DNA of 64,000 bases, taken from assembly GCF_964204645.1 (NCBI RefSeq), contig NC_134025.1:15847101-15911100 (forward strand), read 5' to 3'. This DNA comes from Tubulanus polymorphus. Its lineage: Eukaryota > Animalia > Nemertea. Position 1 is the stretch's first letter. The number at the start of each line of letters is the position of its first letter. The position numbers were made by a program, and so were the translations under genes. Positions 23,362-34,861 of the stretch are shown here, piece by piece. The notes below the pieces were generated by a model. It had not been told where the DNA came from and made no database searches. It was given only the letters and a program-made list of their open reading frames with translations.

Positions 23362-24611
23362 TTAATACATAACACTATCTAATTGAGAATTTACAATATT
23401 CAATTGCGCGTCAGATATAATATAAATGTGCATTTTAAAATTTAGGCTTCCTTTTTTCTTTGTCATGAATAATTGTATTCCATCTTTAGTGTTTTGTAAT
23501 TTTTTTCCAGAACCATGTAATGAATTATCCTCTGTTGTTCTAAAATCTAACCATAATGCATATTTATGACCGGTATAATAATCAATTTGATTAATGTTAC
23601 AATTTTCAGATGATTTTACTTTTTCATTCATAAAATGTTTTCTAATTTCTGGCCATTGATCTATCATTCTCATTCCTTGACAAAATATTTTATTTGCTAT
23701 TCCTTCGATAGTTATTTCTACTTTTGTTATTTCAGGATTATAATACTTATCAACCTGTATTGCACCATTAGAATATGTTGCAATGGTAAAAAATATTAAT
23801 ATGCCTTTAATAGATCTTCTTGGGAAGTAAATATTCTCATTAATAATTTCATCATTTGCATTGATAGTTACGGTTTTAAATTTATCAATATAATCATATA
23901 ATAATGAAAATCCTTGATTGTATTGAGTTTTAATTATACTTGAAATATGTTCATCAGTTACTGTATCATATTCTAAACATATATTCGATAATTTATAACT
24001 CATATCTTTAACAACGCTAGATAATACAATTTCATTTACAGGAGCAAATGTTATTTCGAATATAATATCTTCTTGTATAGCATATTTATATAAAGGTGCA
24101 TTACTATTTATCAATTCAAAGTCGAATGGAATTTTATATTTGCTTCCATAAGTCTTTTTTATCAAATTATCTGCGGTACGAGTTACTATTGCGTCATTAG
24201 CTCCTGATCTTAATTTATTTTGGTTTTCTGATTGGATTCCTTGAAATATCATATTATTTCTATTTTCTTTAGTTAACCATAAATCTTTATAATGCATAAA
24301 TAAATTATAATCATCTAATGAGAAAACGGTTTCTGGACCAATCTTTATTGTTAACTTTTTAATCAAATATCTTCCAACATTATCAACAACATAATTATTA
24401 TTATTACCGATTACTTTTATATCGGCTGATAAATAAATACTATTTGGAACATAAAAAGTATTTTGTGTTAATTTAGGAATTCTAACATATAAAGTTTCAT
24501 CGGGATTAATATTAGAAGGATTATGTGTAATTATATGATGTGATCTTTCTGCTTTAATAGCATTAGATATTCTATGATTATCTTAGAAGGATTGATATAA
24601 CTCCCACTCAT
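23362..24611 (-). pseudogene. Major capsid protein (double jelly-roll, Polinton/PLV type)
   Basis: True start 24611 (MSGSYINPSK), with a 2-nt insertion ~24580 relative to the B copy; HNPSNINPDETLYVRIPKL, YKLSNICLEYD, PRRSIKGIL, ALWLDFRT..LHGSG motifs; about 415 aa. Confidence 0.8.
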
Positions 24612-24651
24612 TTATTTAACAAAAAAATTGATTATTTATTTTTTATCATGT

Positions 24652-26751
24652 TTACTTGATATTTTTTGATATCATATTTACTAACCCAAAAATAATAGCA
24701 CTTACAACTGTAATTAAAAATAAAATAATATGTTCAGCAGCAAAGTTACGAATATTCCCAGCAGATTTCAATATAAAACCAACAATTGACGCAATAACTC
24801 CGGGTAATGCTGCAGCAGATTTTTTAGATAGTTCCCATAAATATTTTGCTAATTTCTTTAAACCATCTTTAACTTTATCTTGTATTGAATTATTATCTGG
24901 GGGTTTATCCGGTTTATTGGGAGTAGGCGTAGATTTCAAAGCATTTGATATTGCTAAACCAATTGTTGTAAATAACATAGTTACAGCTGTTAGAATTGAA
25001 AGAATTGTTATTCCTTCTAACTTAAATAATAACTTTATTCTGTCTTTTAATGATATTTCAGAATCTGGTTTTATCAACAAATCTTTAAAAATAACTTTTA
25101 ATTTTTTAATATGATTGAGATCATATGATTTTAATAATATATCTCTTTCTTCTTTTTGTAATTTTATGTTATATTCTAAATCATCTATTTCTTTTACTAA
25201 AGCTAACTTTCTGCTTTCATAATCAGCTTCATAAACTACTTGATGATCTCTATTTAATTCTAATTGTTTTAATTCTTCATCTACATTAACTAATTCTTTT
25301 TCTAACATGGTTATTTTAGAAAATCTCATCTTAATATTAGCAATTTCATCAGCTGATACTTGTATACCTTTAATTTCTCTACGTATTTGTTCAGGAAATG
25401 TTTCTAATTCTTTCAATGATATTCTAGAATCTGGTTTTATTAGATATCTTTTAAAAACATCTTTTAATCTATCAATATTATAATCATATGATTTTAATAA
25501 TAATTTAATTTCTTCTTTTTGTAATTCTGTTATATTCTAAATCATGTTTTTCTTTTTTTTAAACGTAATTCATTTTGCCTATATTCTATTTCATCAATTA
25601 CTTTATGATCTAAATCAGACTTTAGTTGTTCTATTTCTTCATTTTTATTAGTTAATTCTTTTTCTAAAGTTCCAATTTTAAAATCTCTTATACTTTTATA
25701 ACGCACAATTTTATCAGCTGATTCTTGAATACCTTTAATTTCTCTACGTGATTGTTCAGGAAATGCTTCCAATTCATCATCAGTTAATTTAAGAAGTCCT
25801 TTTTCTAGTAAAGATTGTATTCGATTTATTCCAGTTTCAGCACCGGGTGTATCTAAAACACTATTCATCTCTTCTTCAAATGAATGAATTGTATCTAACA
25901 TGCTATCAAAATGTTTTACTAATTGTAATTGACTTGAATCATTATCAATTTGTTGAATATCTCTTCTCGATGTTCCTGGTGTTGAAGTTCTTAATTTATC
26001 TAATCGATCTCCATACTCTTCCATTTCTGGATCAACATCAGGAGGATTTAAATTTGGATTTTTAAATGGCGAATATTTGTTTATATCAATATTAGGAATT
26101 GGTCCTTCTTCATTTATTCTATCGATTGCATTCCATATAATTCTGAGAAATTCTCTACCACCTTTTGAACGTTCAATTGCAGATCCTGCACGCATTTCAG
26201 GATGGTACAAATCTTCTTGTCCCATTTTAGATAATTGAATTGATACAGTTTCGTTATTTAAATCAACTTTATAAAACCATGAATCATTTTTAAATTCTAA
26301 ATTATTCATGAAAAATGGATCATCTTCTCTAATTTGTTCTGAAATCTCTTCTGGTTCAATGTTATATGTTACATTTTTTGGTAATAATTCTTCAATAACT
26401 GTATTTGTTACACTATGTTTTATGTATAATAATTGTTTTTTTCAATTCAGGGTTTTCTGTCCTTTCTAATCTATTAATTAACTCTTTTCTTTTTGGTCTA
26501 GTTGTAATTATTATCTCATCGTGGGTTCTTAAATAATCTATTAATTTTTCACTTGTTTCAGTATCATCTTTAAATTCGTCATAATCATATAATATAGGCC
26601 CACTAGAATCATCTTCACCTAAATTAGTATTATATGCTGATTCATCATCATTATCAATATTAGTTTCATTAAAATCAGGTTGTGGTTCATCACTTATACC
26701 GGGGGCGTCACCAAAAGTATCCATTGGAATATCTTCTCCACCTTCTGCCAT
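24652..26751 (-). pseudogene. Large acidic/coiled-coil protein with C-terminal hydrophobic helices, split by frameshifts into ORFs 26413-26751, 25542-26309 and 24652-25416
   Basis: Single TAAATG start at 26751; internal repeat ELE.FPEQ.RREIKGIQ.SAD; GITILSILTAVTMLFTTIGLAI and IILFLITVVSAIIFGLV segments; orthologue at 49750-51091. Confidence 0.7.
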
Positions 26752-26767
26752 TTACATAATACAAAAA

Positions 26768-28153
26768 TTAAAATTTAAAATATAATATTCCTCCTATAAC
26801 AATTCCTATACAAGTTATAGCTAATTTAGTATTTTCATGGGATTTATTATCATCATTTAGTTTAATCATATCATGTTGAATATTATCAGTTTTTATATTT
26901 TCTGATGTATTATAATCCGGTTTAGAATCATTATTTAATTTAATATTATTAGTTTTAGTTTCTGTTGATTGAATATGTTTTTTATTTTTTTCACCTTCCA
27001 TTAATTTTGGAGCAGTAATAATCTTTTTATTTATATCATTCAATCCAAATGAATTATTTATTGTTGCAGTTTTAATTAGATTATTATAACCAATTATATT
27101 TCCAATCTTCAGTACTAAATCATTAGAAATAATTAATAGATTAGGGCCTATACAATAATTTAGTCTTACATGTGATTTATCTAAATAATTTTGATATCTT
27201 ACAATGTTTTCTGGAATCGATCTATTTTTATCATTATGAATTGAATCTTCAAATAAAACTTTAAATTGTTTCTGTGTATCGAATGATGTATTTAAATTTC
27301 CAATTATCGGGGATCTTGTTTCAACTTGCGCACCTAGAATACATATCAAATAAGTTCTAATAGATTGATTTATTCTTTCTATACCTGATTTAGTAAAACC
27401 TTCATTATTTTCTAAAATGAAATAAACCCAACCATTATTGTTTTCTTGTTTTAAATTATCATAAAATGTCGGTAATTTATTGAAATTTAATGTTTCTAAA
27501 TCCTTAGTTTCTATTTTACCATAACCTAATTTATTACTATACATATTATACAAACTATTAGATGGTATGGGAAGTGCACAATATTCTGCAATCTTTTTAG
27601 GGCAAGGAAGTGATCTTATTGTTCCAATTTTTGTTCTAAAATCAGAATTATTTATATCTATATCAAATTCATTGCAAATTTTATAAAACTTTGACAAATT
27701 AATATTATTATCTAATTCTTTAAAATACCTAGATCCTGGTAAAGCGCACTCTAATTCATTTAATATTATTCTTATTTGAAAGTATGTATGAAATCTAAAT
27801 AAACTTTGAATTAATTTATATTTAGAATTATTCAAATGATCATTCCAACTAATTCCACAACCTGTTGTTGCACAATAAACAGCAAAATTTAATTGGTTCT
27901 GCCAATACTTCATATTAGATTTTAATAACCATTGTTTTTCATCTTTCAATTTTTTAAAATTAATTAAATATACATGAAATATATTTTCCATCTTTGCATT
28001 AAAATTATTAGTTTCAGTAACATAAATTTCTAAATTAGTTAATGAATCTAAAACTTCATTTCTATATGCAATATCTTTATTAAAATCTATTGCTGGAATA
28101 TTATATTTAATTGATTTATTATATTGGAAAGCTTTTGGAAAACTATCTACCAT
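26768..28153 (-). CDS. Conserved 461-aa element protein with C-terminal TM anchor, function unknown
   Basis: Intact ORF; YWQNQLNFAVYCATTGCGIS; C-terminal LAITCIGIVIGGILYFKF; orthologue at 51107-52460. Confidence 0.8.
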   Translation of the reverse strand: MVDSFPKAFQYNKSIKYNIPAIDFNKDIAYRNEVLDSLTNLEIYVTETNNFNAKMENIFHVYLINFKKLKDEKQWLLKSNMKYWQNQLNFAVYCATTGCGISWNDHLNNSKYKLIQSLFRFHTYFQIRIILNELECALPGSRYFKELDNNINLSKFYKICNEFDIDINNSDFRTKIGTIRSLPCPKKIAEYCALPIPSNSLYNMYSNKLGYGKIETKDLETLNFNKLPTFYDNLKQENNNGWVYFILENNEGFTKSGIERINQSIRTYLICILGAQVETRSPIIGNLNTSFDTQKQFKVLFEDSIHNDKNRSIPENIVRYQNYLDKSHVRLNYCIGPNLLIISNDLVLKIGNIIGYNNLIKTATINNSFGLNDINKKIITAPKLMEGEKNKKHIQSTETKTNNIKLNNDSKPDYNTSENIKTDNIQHDMIKLNDDNKSHENTKLAITCIGIVIGGILYFKF

Positions 28154-28169
28154 TTATTTAATTAAAAAA

Positions 28170-28604
28170 TTAATAATTTATTAATTCTTTTAATAATTTA
28201 TCTTGTTCTTCAACTGTTATATGACCATTTAAACTCATTATATAATCTAGTGTATTTTTCAATTTATTAATTTCTTTAATATTAGTTTTAATTTTTTCTT
28301 TATTACTTTTTATATTTAATTTTGAACTTATATCAGTTAAAACACTTGAACTTAATCCTAATACACCAATTGATATAGCTAAAGGTGTTAATGGACTGAA
28401 TATTGCTAGAAATGATATTACAGAACTAATTGTAACCGAACCACTTATAATCAAATAATATATAATTTTACTTTTTAAATATTTTTTCTTTTTTATCTTT
28501 AAGTCACTTTCAAATTCTAATATTTGTTTTTCTAAATATGTTTTTAATTTAGTTTTATTTATATCATGAGGAATAATATCAATATTATCAACTTTATCAT
28601 CCAT
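28170..28604 (-). CDS. 144-aa two-TM membrane protein
   Basis: Hydrophobic hairpin IIYYLIISGSVTISSVISFLAIFSPLTPLAISIGVLGLSS; orthologue at 52461-52910. Confidence 0.8.
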   Translation of the reverse strand: MDDKVDNIDIIPHDINKTKLKTYLEKQILEFESDLKIKKKKYLKSKIIYYLIISGSVTISSVISFLAIFSPLTPLAISIGVLGLSSSVLTDISSKLNIKSNKEKIKTNIKEINKLKNTLDYIMSLNGHITVEEQDKLLKELINY

Positions 28605-28623
28605 TTATTTAGCAAAAAAATTA

Positions 28624-29046
28624 CTAATTAGTAAATTTATATGCTACAAATATAACAATAACAGTTCCGCCTAAAATCCATATTATTTCATATTTCTGTT
28701 GTTCTTTACTTGGGGTATAATAATCTGATAATTTAGGTTTGTATAGATGTAATTTTTCTTTATTGGTTACCGCGTTATATAAACTCATTGCATCATCAAC
28801 TGATTGAAAATCTCTATGTGAAATCTTCTGATCATATAATTCTTTGTTAATATAATCCATATAGTTTTGTCTTTTTTCTCTGTATTCTTCTGCTGCTTTA
28901 TTATATTTCTCTAATGCTAAATTATGTTTTCTTTGTTCTCCTAATGAACTATTTTTATCAATATGTTTAAATAAATATCCACCACCAGTAAATGCTAAAG
29001 CGTTTACAATTGCCGATCCTATAATAGTTATAATTGCAGAAGCCAT
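28624..29046 (-). CDS. 140-aa protein with N- and C-terminal hydrophobic segments
   Basis: MASAIITIIGSAIVNALAFTGGGYLF...IIWILGGTVIVIFVAYKF; orthologue at ~52930-53351. Confidence 0.8.
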   Translation of the reverse strand: MASAIITIIGSAIVNALAFTGGGYLFKHIDKNSSLGEQRKHNLALEKYNKAAEEYREKRQNYMDYINKELYDQKISHRDFQSVDDAMSLYNAVTNKEKLHLYKPKLSDYYTPSKEQQKYEIIWILGGTVIVIFVAYKFTN

Positions 29047-29070
29047 TTATTTAGCAAAAAAATTATGCAT

Positions 29071-29292
29071 TTATATGGGAGGAATATATTTTTGTTTTTC
29101 TAAATAATCATTAGTTAAATTAGATAAAGTAACTGCTAATGTTAATTTTAAGATATCATTTACATCAAATCTATCAACATTAACACTTCCCATTTTAAAA
29201 ACTTTTTTTAATACCATTGAATAACCAACAGTTCCAACTGATAGTAATGCTCCATTATATAATCCAGTTATTATCCACTTATTATCACTCAT
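29071..29292 (-). CDS. 73-aa small hydrophobic protein
   Basis: TAAATG start; degenerate orthologue at ~53376-53590. Confidence 0.7.
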   Translation of the reverse strand: MSDNKWIITGLYNGALLSVGTVGYSMVLKKVFKMGSVNVDRFDVNDILKLTLAVTLSNLTNDYLEKQKYIPPI

Positions 29293-29295
29293 TTA

Positions 29296-29634
29296 TTAAT
29301 CAAAAAAATTACTATCATCAAAATATTTAGTTAACTTATTTATGATTAATTCAACATTTATTTCATTACTACTTTTATGATTATCATATATTTTGGTTAA
29401 TATGTTTTTAATATCATCAATAATTCCATCTTCATTTAATTCATAATATTCTAAAGGTGATTTAATTAAATCACTTACTTTTTCTATATTATAATTTTCT
29501 TTATTAATCATTGATGCATTGTTAAATGATTTACTTTTTATATCAGTAATTACATCATTTAGTTTAATTCTCATTTCTTTCTCACGTTTAAAATCAAACC
29601 CAAAACATATACTCGGTCCAACAGTTATATTCAT
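29296..29634 (-). CDS. 112-aa hypothetical element protein
   Basis: MNIT.GPSICFGFDFKREKEM conserved with 53733-53948. Confidence 0.7.
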   Translation of the reverse strand: MNITVGPSICFGFDFKREKEMRIKLNDVITDIKSKSFNNASMINKENYNIEKVSDLIKSPLEYYELNEDGIIDDIKNILTKIYDNHKSSNEINVELIINKLTKYFDDSNFFD

Positions 29635-30412
29635 TTATATAGTGAAAAAAAATACTCTTTACATCTTATAACTAATTCATATATCACAGGAAAGTTATTC
29701 AAATCAATTAAATATCCATTGTGATTTCTTATTTCTAATTTAAAATTATTGAATTTAGGAATGCATGGTTTGAAATCACATTCTGTTAAATTATAATTTA
29801 TTTGCGTTCCAAATTCTTTAACATTCTTCAATGGTAAAATGTTTAGTAAACCAGAATTACAAGTTATATCTTTAGTTGCTTCAAATGTTTTTGTAGGATC
29901 GATTAAATTGCAATAAATATAAAAATGTGTGTAAGGTATTAAGTTTGGTGTAGTAGCGTCAATATTTGTAAAAGATCTATCTGGAAGAATTCCTAACAGT
30001 TTAGCTATAGATTTTTTTACCATAAATTTATGTTTTTCACTATTAGACAACTTATCTTTATTCTATCAGAACTATCACTTTTTAAAAGTCTAATACTTAA
30101 CCCAGAACTACTACCTAATTTGTGCCAGGCTTTTCTATTAATTTCTTGTGCTAATGTATCTAAATTATATAACCCCGGTTTTAAATATATATAGGACCAT
30201 TCATTTTTACCTTTATCAAAAATTAAAAAGGCTCTATGTTCAATAGTTTTATTCGATATATTATAAAAAGAATTACATAAACTTATATTAACTAATTTTA
30301 AATCAACACAATTCTTGAATTCTCTATCTGATTGTACTAGTAAATTATGTGATTTATAATCTGTAAGCCTTCTAGAATCAACAAATATTCTGTATTCTTT
30401 TAATTCTACCAT
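29631..30412 (-). pseudogene. Minor capsid protein (penton, single jelly-roll), frameshifted ~30030
   Basis: RIFVDSR..NSFYNISN..KPGLYN..FYIYCNLID..LEIRNHNGYLIDLNNFPVIYEL pattern, typical of Polinton/PLV mCP. Confidence 0.7.
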
Positions 30413-30426
30413 TTATTTTACACATT

Positions 30427-30780
30427 TTATTCGAAATCTATTTCATGATGCCCTTTTTCATTCTTACCTTTGTATACGAAATAGAAATCTCCAGAACATA
30501 ATTCTTCTAGATCTTCACTTGATAATCTATGAAATCTATCCGGTAAATATGTTCTGAATTTATATGTATTTCCTTTTAATCCTTCATATTTTAAGTGTAT
30601 AACTAATTTATCTCCATAATTATTAGTAACTGTAACAATATCTTTAATTAGATATTTCTTATGGATTATTAATTCTGTTAACTTTTTGAATTTATAATCT
30701 ACAGATTTTACATTTGTTATATCTTTAATTCTATCTAGAAATAATTTGTTGTTCTCACTGTGCGCTTGTTTACTCTCCAT
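30427..30780 (-). CDS. 117-aa conserved protein (possible ssDNA-binding/OB-fold, unverified)
   Basis: T.YGDK..F..YLPD.F..YKGKNEKGHHEIDF; homologues at 43503-45462 and 59790-60133. Confidence 0.6.
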   Translation of the reverse strand: MESKQAHSENNKLFLDRIKDITNVKSVDYKFKKLTELIIHKKYLIKDIVTVTNNYGDKLVIHLKYEGLKGNTYKFRTYLPDRFHRLSSEDLEELCSGDFYFVYKGKNEKGHHEIDFE

Positions 30781-30809
30781 TTATAATACATATTTTTATT
30801 AAAATTTGA

Positions 30810-33632
30810 TTAACACGTTAGAATTATTTTCATTATCTCGTTCTCTTTTGTTTCTTCTCTTTTAAATTTTAAGTATTCATCTAAATTACAACCATAAGCA
30901 ACTGTATGAATTCCATCATCTAAAATATATCTTTTATCATCAAATGGGTTTAGACTAATCTTTTCAATTTCTTCAATAAACATTTCATGATCTTCAGATC
31001 TTAAACATCTCATCTTATGTTTTCTAACTTCTTCATTGAATATACAATTGATGTAATCTTTGAAATGAATATTCTTTTCTACTACACTTTTTGTTATTCC
31101 TTTTAACTTTTTAGCTTCATGTTCTTTAGTTTTATATGAATACATTTTAGATCTAATACCAATGAATTCAATCATTTCTTCACCACCTAATTCATCCTTA
31201 AACTTCCCTGCAACTTTTTTATTATCATTGCTAAACAATTCATGATCTTTAGGATAGTTACTAAAATCAAAATGACGTTTTAATGTTTTTAAATCATCAG
31301 TTATGTTATCAGTTTTTATCTTTAATATGTAACTGTCAGTATCAAAATATAATATTTCTATATGTTTTTCTCCAAAAAGTGGTTGTAATATATTATAATA
31401 GAATTCATACATTAGTAATTTTGATAATTCTAAAACTAAAGCACCAACATAGATTGGTTTATTAAATTTCATTGATGTTCTTCTCATTTTAACTGCAGCT
31501 AAATTTTCATCAAATATTCTGTTACCAATGAACTTAGGATATGATTGTAAATGCCTTATCCTTTTGCCATTACTTACTAACTCAATATCATTTCTATTTC
31601 TAACATTTTCACAAGTCTTACCATAGAATGCATTATTCATTAACTTGAAGAAATCTTTTTCGAAATCAGTTTTAGCTTCAGTTCTCTGTTTGGTGTTAAA
31701 ATCTATATATTTTTCTAACCACTTAGATTGACTAAATGAAATATATCTATGTACTTTTTTTAGGATCATTCCTTGATTCAAATAAAACTTTAACATTCTA
31801 TAATGTACTACATAATTATATTTATCTTCTTGAGTTACCATTAACTTTTCTGTATGAATATGATTTTCGGGTTTAATTCTTTTTTGATAATTTGATAATT
31901 CTTCATGTGTTACAGTTTTATGTTCGGGACAGTAAGCTAGATTTCTAGATTTAAATTTTTTATCTTCAGGATATTCTAAATCTACAGCAAAGAAGTAACC
32001 AGTATCTGAATCATCTGCAATATCTAGGATTCTTTTCTTCCAGTCAAATTTATCATTATTTTCATTCTGTAAAACTGCAGTTAATTCAAATACTCCATAA
32101 GGTTGTGGTTCCATCATTGCCCAACCATACAAATTATTTGCATCTATATATAATAACTTATATCCGGGGTTATCATTTACATTGAAATATCTATCCCCCA
32201 ATACACCTGAAACTCCTCCTCTTATAGATTTTTCAAATAATAGTAATTGATCTATATTTGTTAACAAATCCATTTTTATATCTGTAAATTTTAATCCACA
32301 ATCCCATGTTAATCCTGGTGATGAATAACAGTGACAAGGATCAATGTTAAAATATTTTAGGTTTACATCTCTAAACCTTTCGAATATATCGGTTAATAAT
32401 AATACATCTGATTTTAGATATAAATCTACTAATTGTCCATGATTTTCTATTTTGAAATGATTCCAAATATTCAATGTTCTATTATATACTTCATCTTTAA
32501 CATATTCATGTTTTAATTCATCATAGAATTGTTCTTTTAATAATTCAGTTATGTTAAAATCATTATGTGATTTATAAAATGAATATGGAATTGCGCCTTT
32601 ATATCTCATTAATTGAAAATCATCATTATTTGGGTAGTGTTGTTTTAATATTTTTAATTCATCATCAACTAATGATTTTGATAAGTTATCTAATGAACTA
32701 TTTAAAAATCTATATGAATCTATAAATCTTAGGCAACCAAATTGGAATGATATATAATTCTCAGATGTTTCAGCTAACATTCTAAATTTATATGTTGGTA
32801 TTTTATCTTTTGATCTATTTGAATTTAATCTTTCTATTTCATTATTAATTTCTTCTATTTTATGGCATAACTGTTTGATGAATAAATGTGCGTCATATCC
32901 TGATAGATTATGAAATATAACTGGTACAAAATTAATTTTCTTAGCTTGTAAGTTACAATTCTCATGTGCAGCGCCTCTAAACTTTCCATTCAAATGATCA
33001 TGGTCTCTTACTTTTTTATCTTTATAATTAAATATCTTTTCACAATAATAACATTTATCTGCAAACGCAAATTCTTCTTTATCTTCTTCTGTCATTATAA
33101 TTTCTATATTTTTATTTAATTTTTCATTAAATTTTATTTCATATTCAATTAATAAGTCACAAAAATGATTGATAACAGTTTCATTTCTATAATGATAATA
33201 TTCACTTTTAATTAGTTCTGGATAATCAGATTTAATATATAACCCGAAAGCTGCAGCTGATTGATGAATCTTTTTAATAGTATTTGTTTTTGGTGGTTCT
33301 TCATAATAATCATTTTCATTAGAATTTAATTTCTTTCTTTTATAATATATTTCTTTTCTATCTTGATCAGTTAATTCTTTATTTAATGATTCAAAATCTC
33401 CATATATAACAAATGGAACTTTATTTTTGTAATCATATTTTTTGAATTCTAATATTTTATCCTTTTCATTTGGTAAAACTAATTTACAATAATCATGATT
33501 TTCACATAATTGTTTATGATTTAATAATGTACTTTCATTACTGAATCTATGTAAACATTTTCTACATAGATATATTTTATTATGGTGATCACTTTCTGTT
33601 CTAAAGAATAAATCTATTTGTTTAATCCACAT
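30810..33632 (-). CDS. polB: Protein-primed family B DNA polymerase (pPolB) core; frame open upstream to ~33930
   Basis: Exo motifs YGDFES, FHNLSGYDAH, YLKSDVLLL; polymerase motifs YIDANNLYG, KLMNNAFYGK, YFDTDS; inserted endoVII-like CYYC..RDHDHLNGKFRGAAHENCN. Confidence 0.95.
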   Translation of the reverse strand: MWIKQIDLFFRTESDHHNKIYLCRKCLHRFSNESTLLNHKQLCENHDYCKLVLPNEKDKILEFKKYDYKNKVPFVIYGDFESLNKELTDQDRKEIYYKRKKLNSNENDYYEEPPKTNTIKKIHQSAAAFGLYIKSDYPELIKSEYYHYRNETVINHFCDLLIEYEIKFNEKLNKNIEIIMTEEDKEEFAFADKCYYCEKIFNYKDKKVRDHDHLNGKFRGAAHENCNLQAKKINFVPVIFHNLSGYDAHLFIKQLCHKIEEINNEIERLNSNRSKDKIPTYKFRMLAETSENYISFQFGCLRFIDSYRFLNSSLDNLSKSLVDDELKILKQHYPNNDDFQLMRYKGAIPYSFYKSHNDFNITELLKEQFYDELKHEYVKDEVYNRTLNIWNHFKIENHGQLVDLYLKSDVLLLTDIFERFRDVNLKYFNIDPCHCYSSPGLTWDCGLKFTDIKMDLLTNIDQLLLFEKSIRGGVSGVLGDRYFNVNDNPGYKLLYIDANNLYGWAMMEPQPYGVFELTAVLQNENNDKFDWKKRILDIADDSDTGYFFAVDLEYPEDKKFKSRNLAYCPEHKTVTHEELSNYQKRIKPENHIHTEKLMVTQEDKYNYVVHYRMLKFYLNQGMILKKVHRYISFSQSKWLEKYIDFNTKQRTEAKTDFEKDFFKLMNNAFYGKTCENVRNRNDIELVSNGKRIRHLQSYPKFIGNRIFDENLAAVKMRRTSMKFNKPIYVGALVLELSKLLMYEFYYNILQPLFGEKHIEILYFDTDSYILKIKTDNITDDLKTLKRHFDFSNYPKDHELFSNDNKKVAGKFKDELGGEEMIEFIGIRSKMYSYKTKEHEAKKLKGITKSVVEKNIHFKDYINCIFNEEVRKHKMRCLRSEDHEMFIEEIEKISLNPFDDKRYILDDGIHTVAYGCNLDEYLKFKREETKENEIMKIILTC

Positions 33633-33932
33633 ATAATGATTCTCATAATATAATATATCTATAACATCGTTTGGATCATAATCTTTTGATAGATATAAAG
33701 GTTCTGATGTATAATGTTTTATATTGTTACCTTTTGTATTTGGTAATTTGATTAAATCAAATACATTTATCTTTATATTATTATCTCTTTCTATTTTTGG
33801 GATGTCTTTAATTATAACAGGATACTTATCTATCTTATAATTATTTTCAAATTGTTTATAATTTGTTAATCTATAAGTATGTTTATTATAATCTTCAACT
33901 GGGTGTAAACAACTTATTATAGCCCATAGAAA

Positions 33933-34818
33933 ATGGTTTAAAATGTTAGTTTAATATAACTCGATGCTTCAATATCTGGTTCTTTATAATATGATACATT
34001 ATTTTCATCAATTGGTTTTGATTTAGTTAACTTATTATATTTTGTGTTATAAACATGTAAAGTCATAAATATTATTTATCTAAAATATATTTTAGATAAA
34101 TATTATTAAAATCTATTTTAGTTTTTACTTCATTATAACATTTATCTAATTTATCATCTATATGTTGTTTAGTTATAATATGTTGTGAATGAGAATTTAT
34201 ATTATATATTGGTTTATCTTCAGATTTTATAAACTTTACTTTAACTGATATACTTATTTTAGGATATTCAACATCAGTTATTATTTTTATTATTTCTTTC
34301 ATATTTTCTAAATGTTTTTTATTTTCTTCTAATGTTTTTCCTTTATGAAATTTAAACTCGATAGCTGCTGGGCCAATATCACTTTTAAATGCTTCGGTTA
34401 TCTCTATATCTTTTTTATTATCTAATGAATTAATATATTTTCTTACATCTTCCATGTATGGTCTTTTATTGTTTAATTTATTTATTTTATTTGTGTTTTT
34501 AATTGCCTTCTGTTTCTTATCATTATATTTATCAAAATAATCTTCACCTAAAATATCATTATTCTTATTTCTAATATGACTTTTAGATTTTAAATGTTCA
34601 TTATAATATCTTTTATCACTGAATGATTGATTACATGTATCACATTTATATATTTCTTTTTCATTCTTTAATTCATCTAATTTAGTTTCTAATATATCAT
34701 CTTCATATTCTAATTTCAATTTATTCTCTAAATGTGTTTTAGTTTTACTGTGTCTTGATTTTTGGGATTTATCTATATTGATATTACATGTTGGACAGTA
34801 GTACTTATTTGCTTCCAT
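33933..34818 (-). pseudogene. N-terminal Zn-finger/terminal-protein region of pPolB, separated by lesions
   Basis: YCPTC..RHSKTKTH and CDTC..HLKSKSH fingers. The collinear region in B (58572-59619) and the 20724 duplicate (IEEKYFEGSG) suggest it was originally fused to pPolB. Confidence 0.7.
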
Positions 34819-34861
34819 TTCAATACTAAATTTTTTTTTAAATTGATTTTAGAAGTTCAAT

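Noticed and set aside
24656-25114. Plus-strand ORFs overlapping element genes (also 25847, 31283, 49979, 54260)
   Set aside because: These are antisense shadows of conserved minus-strand genes, with no motifs.
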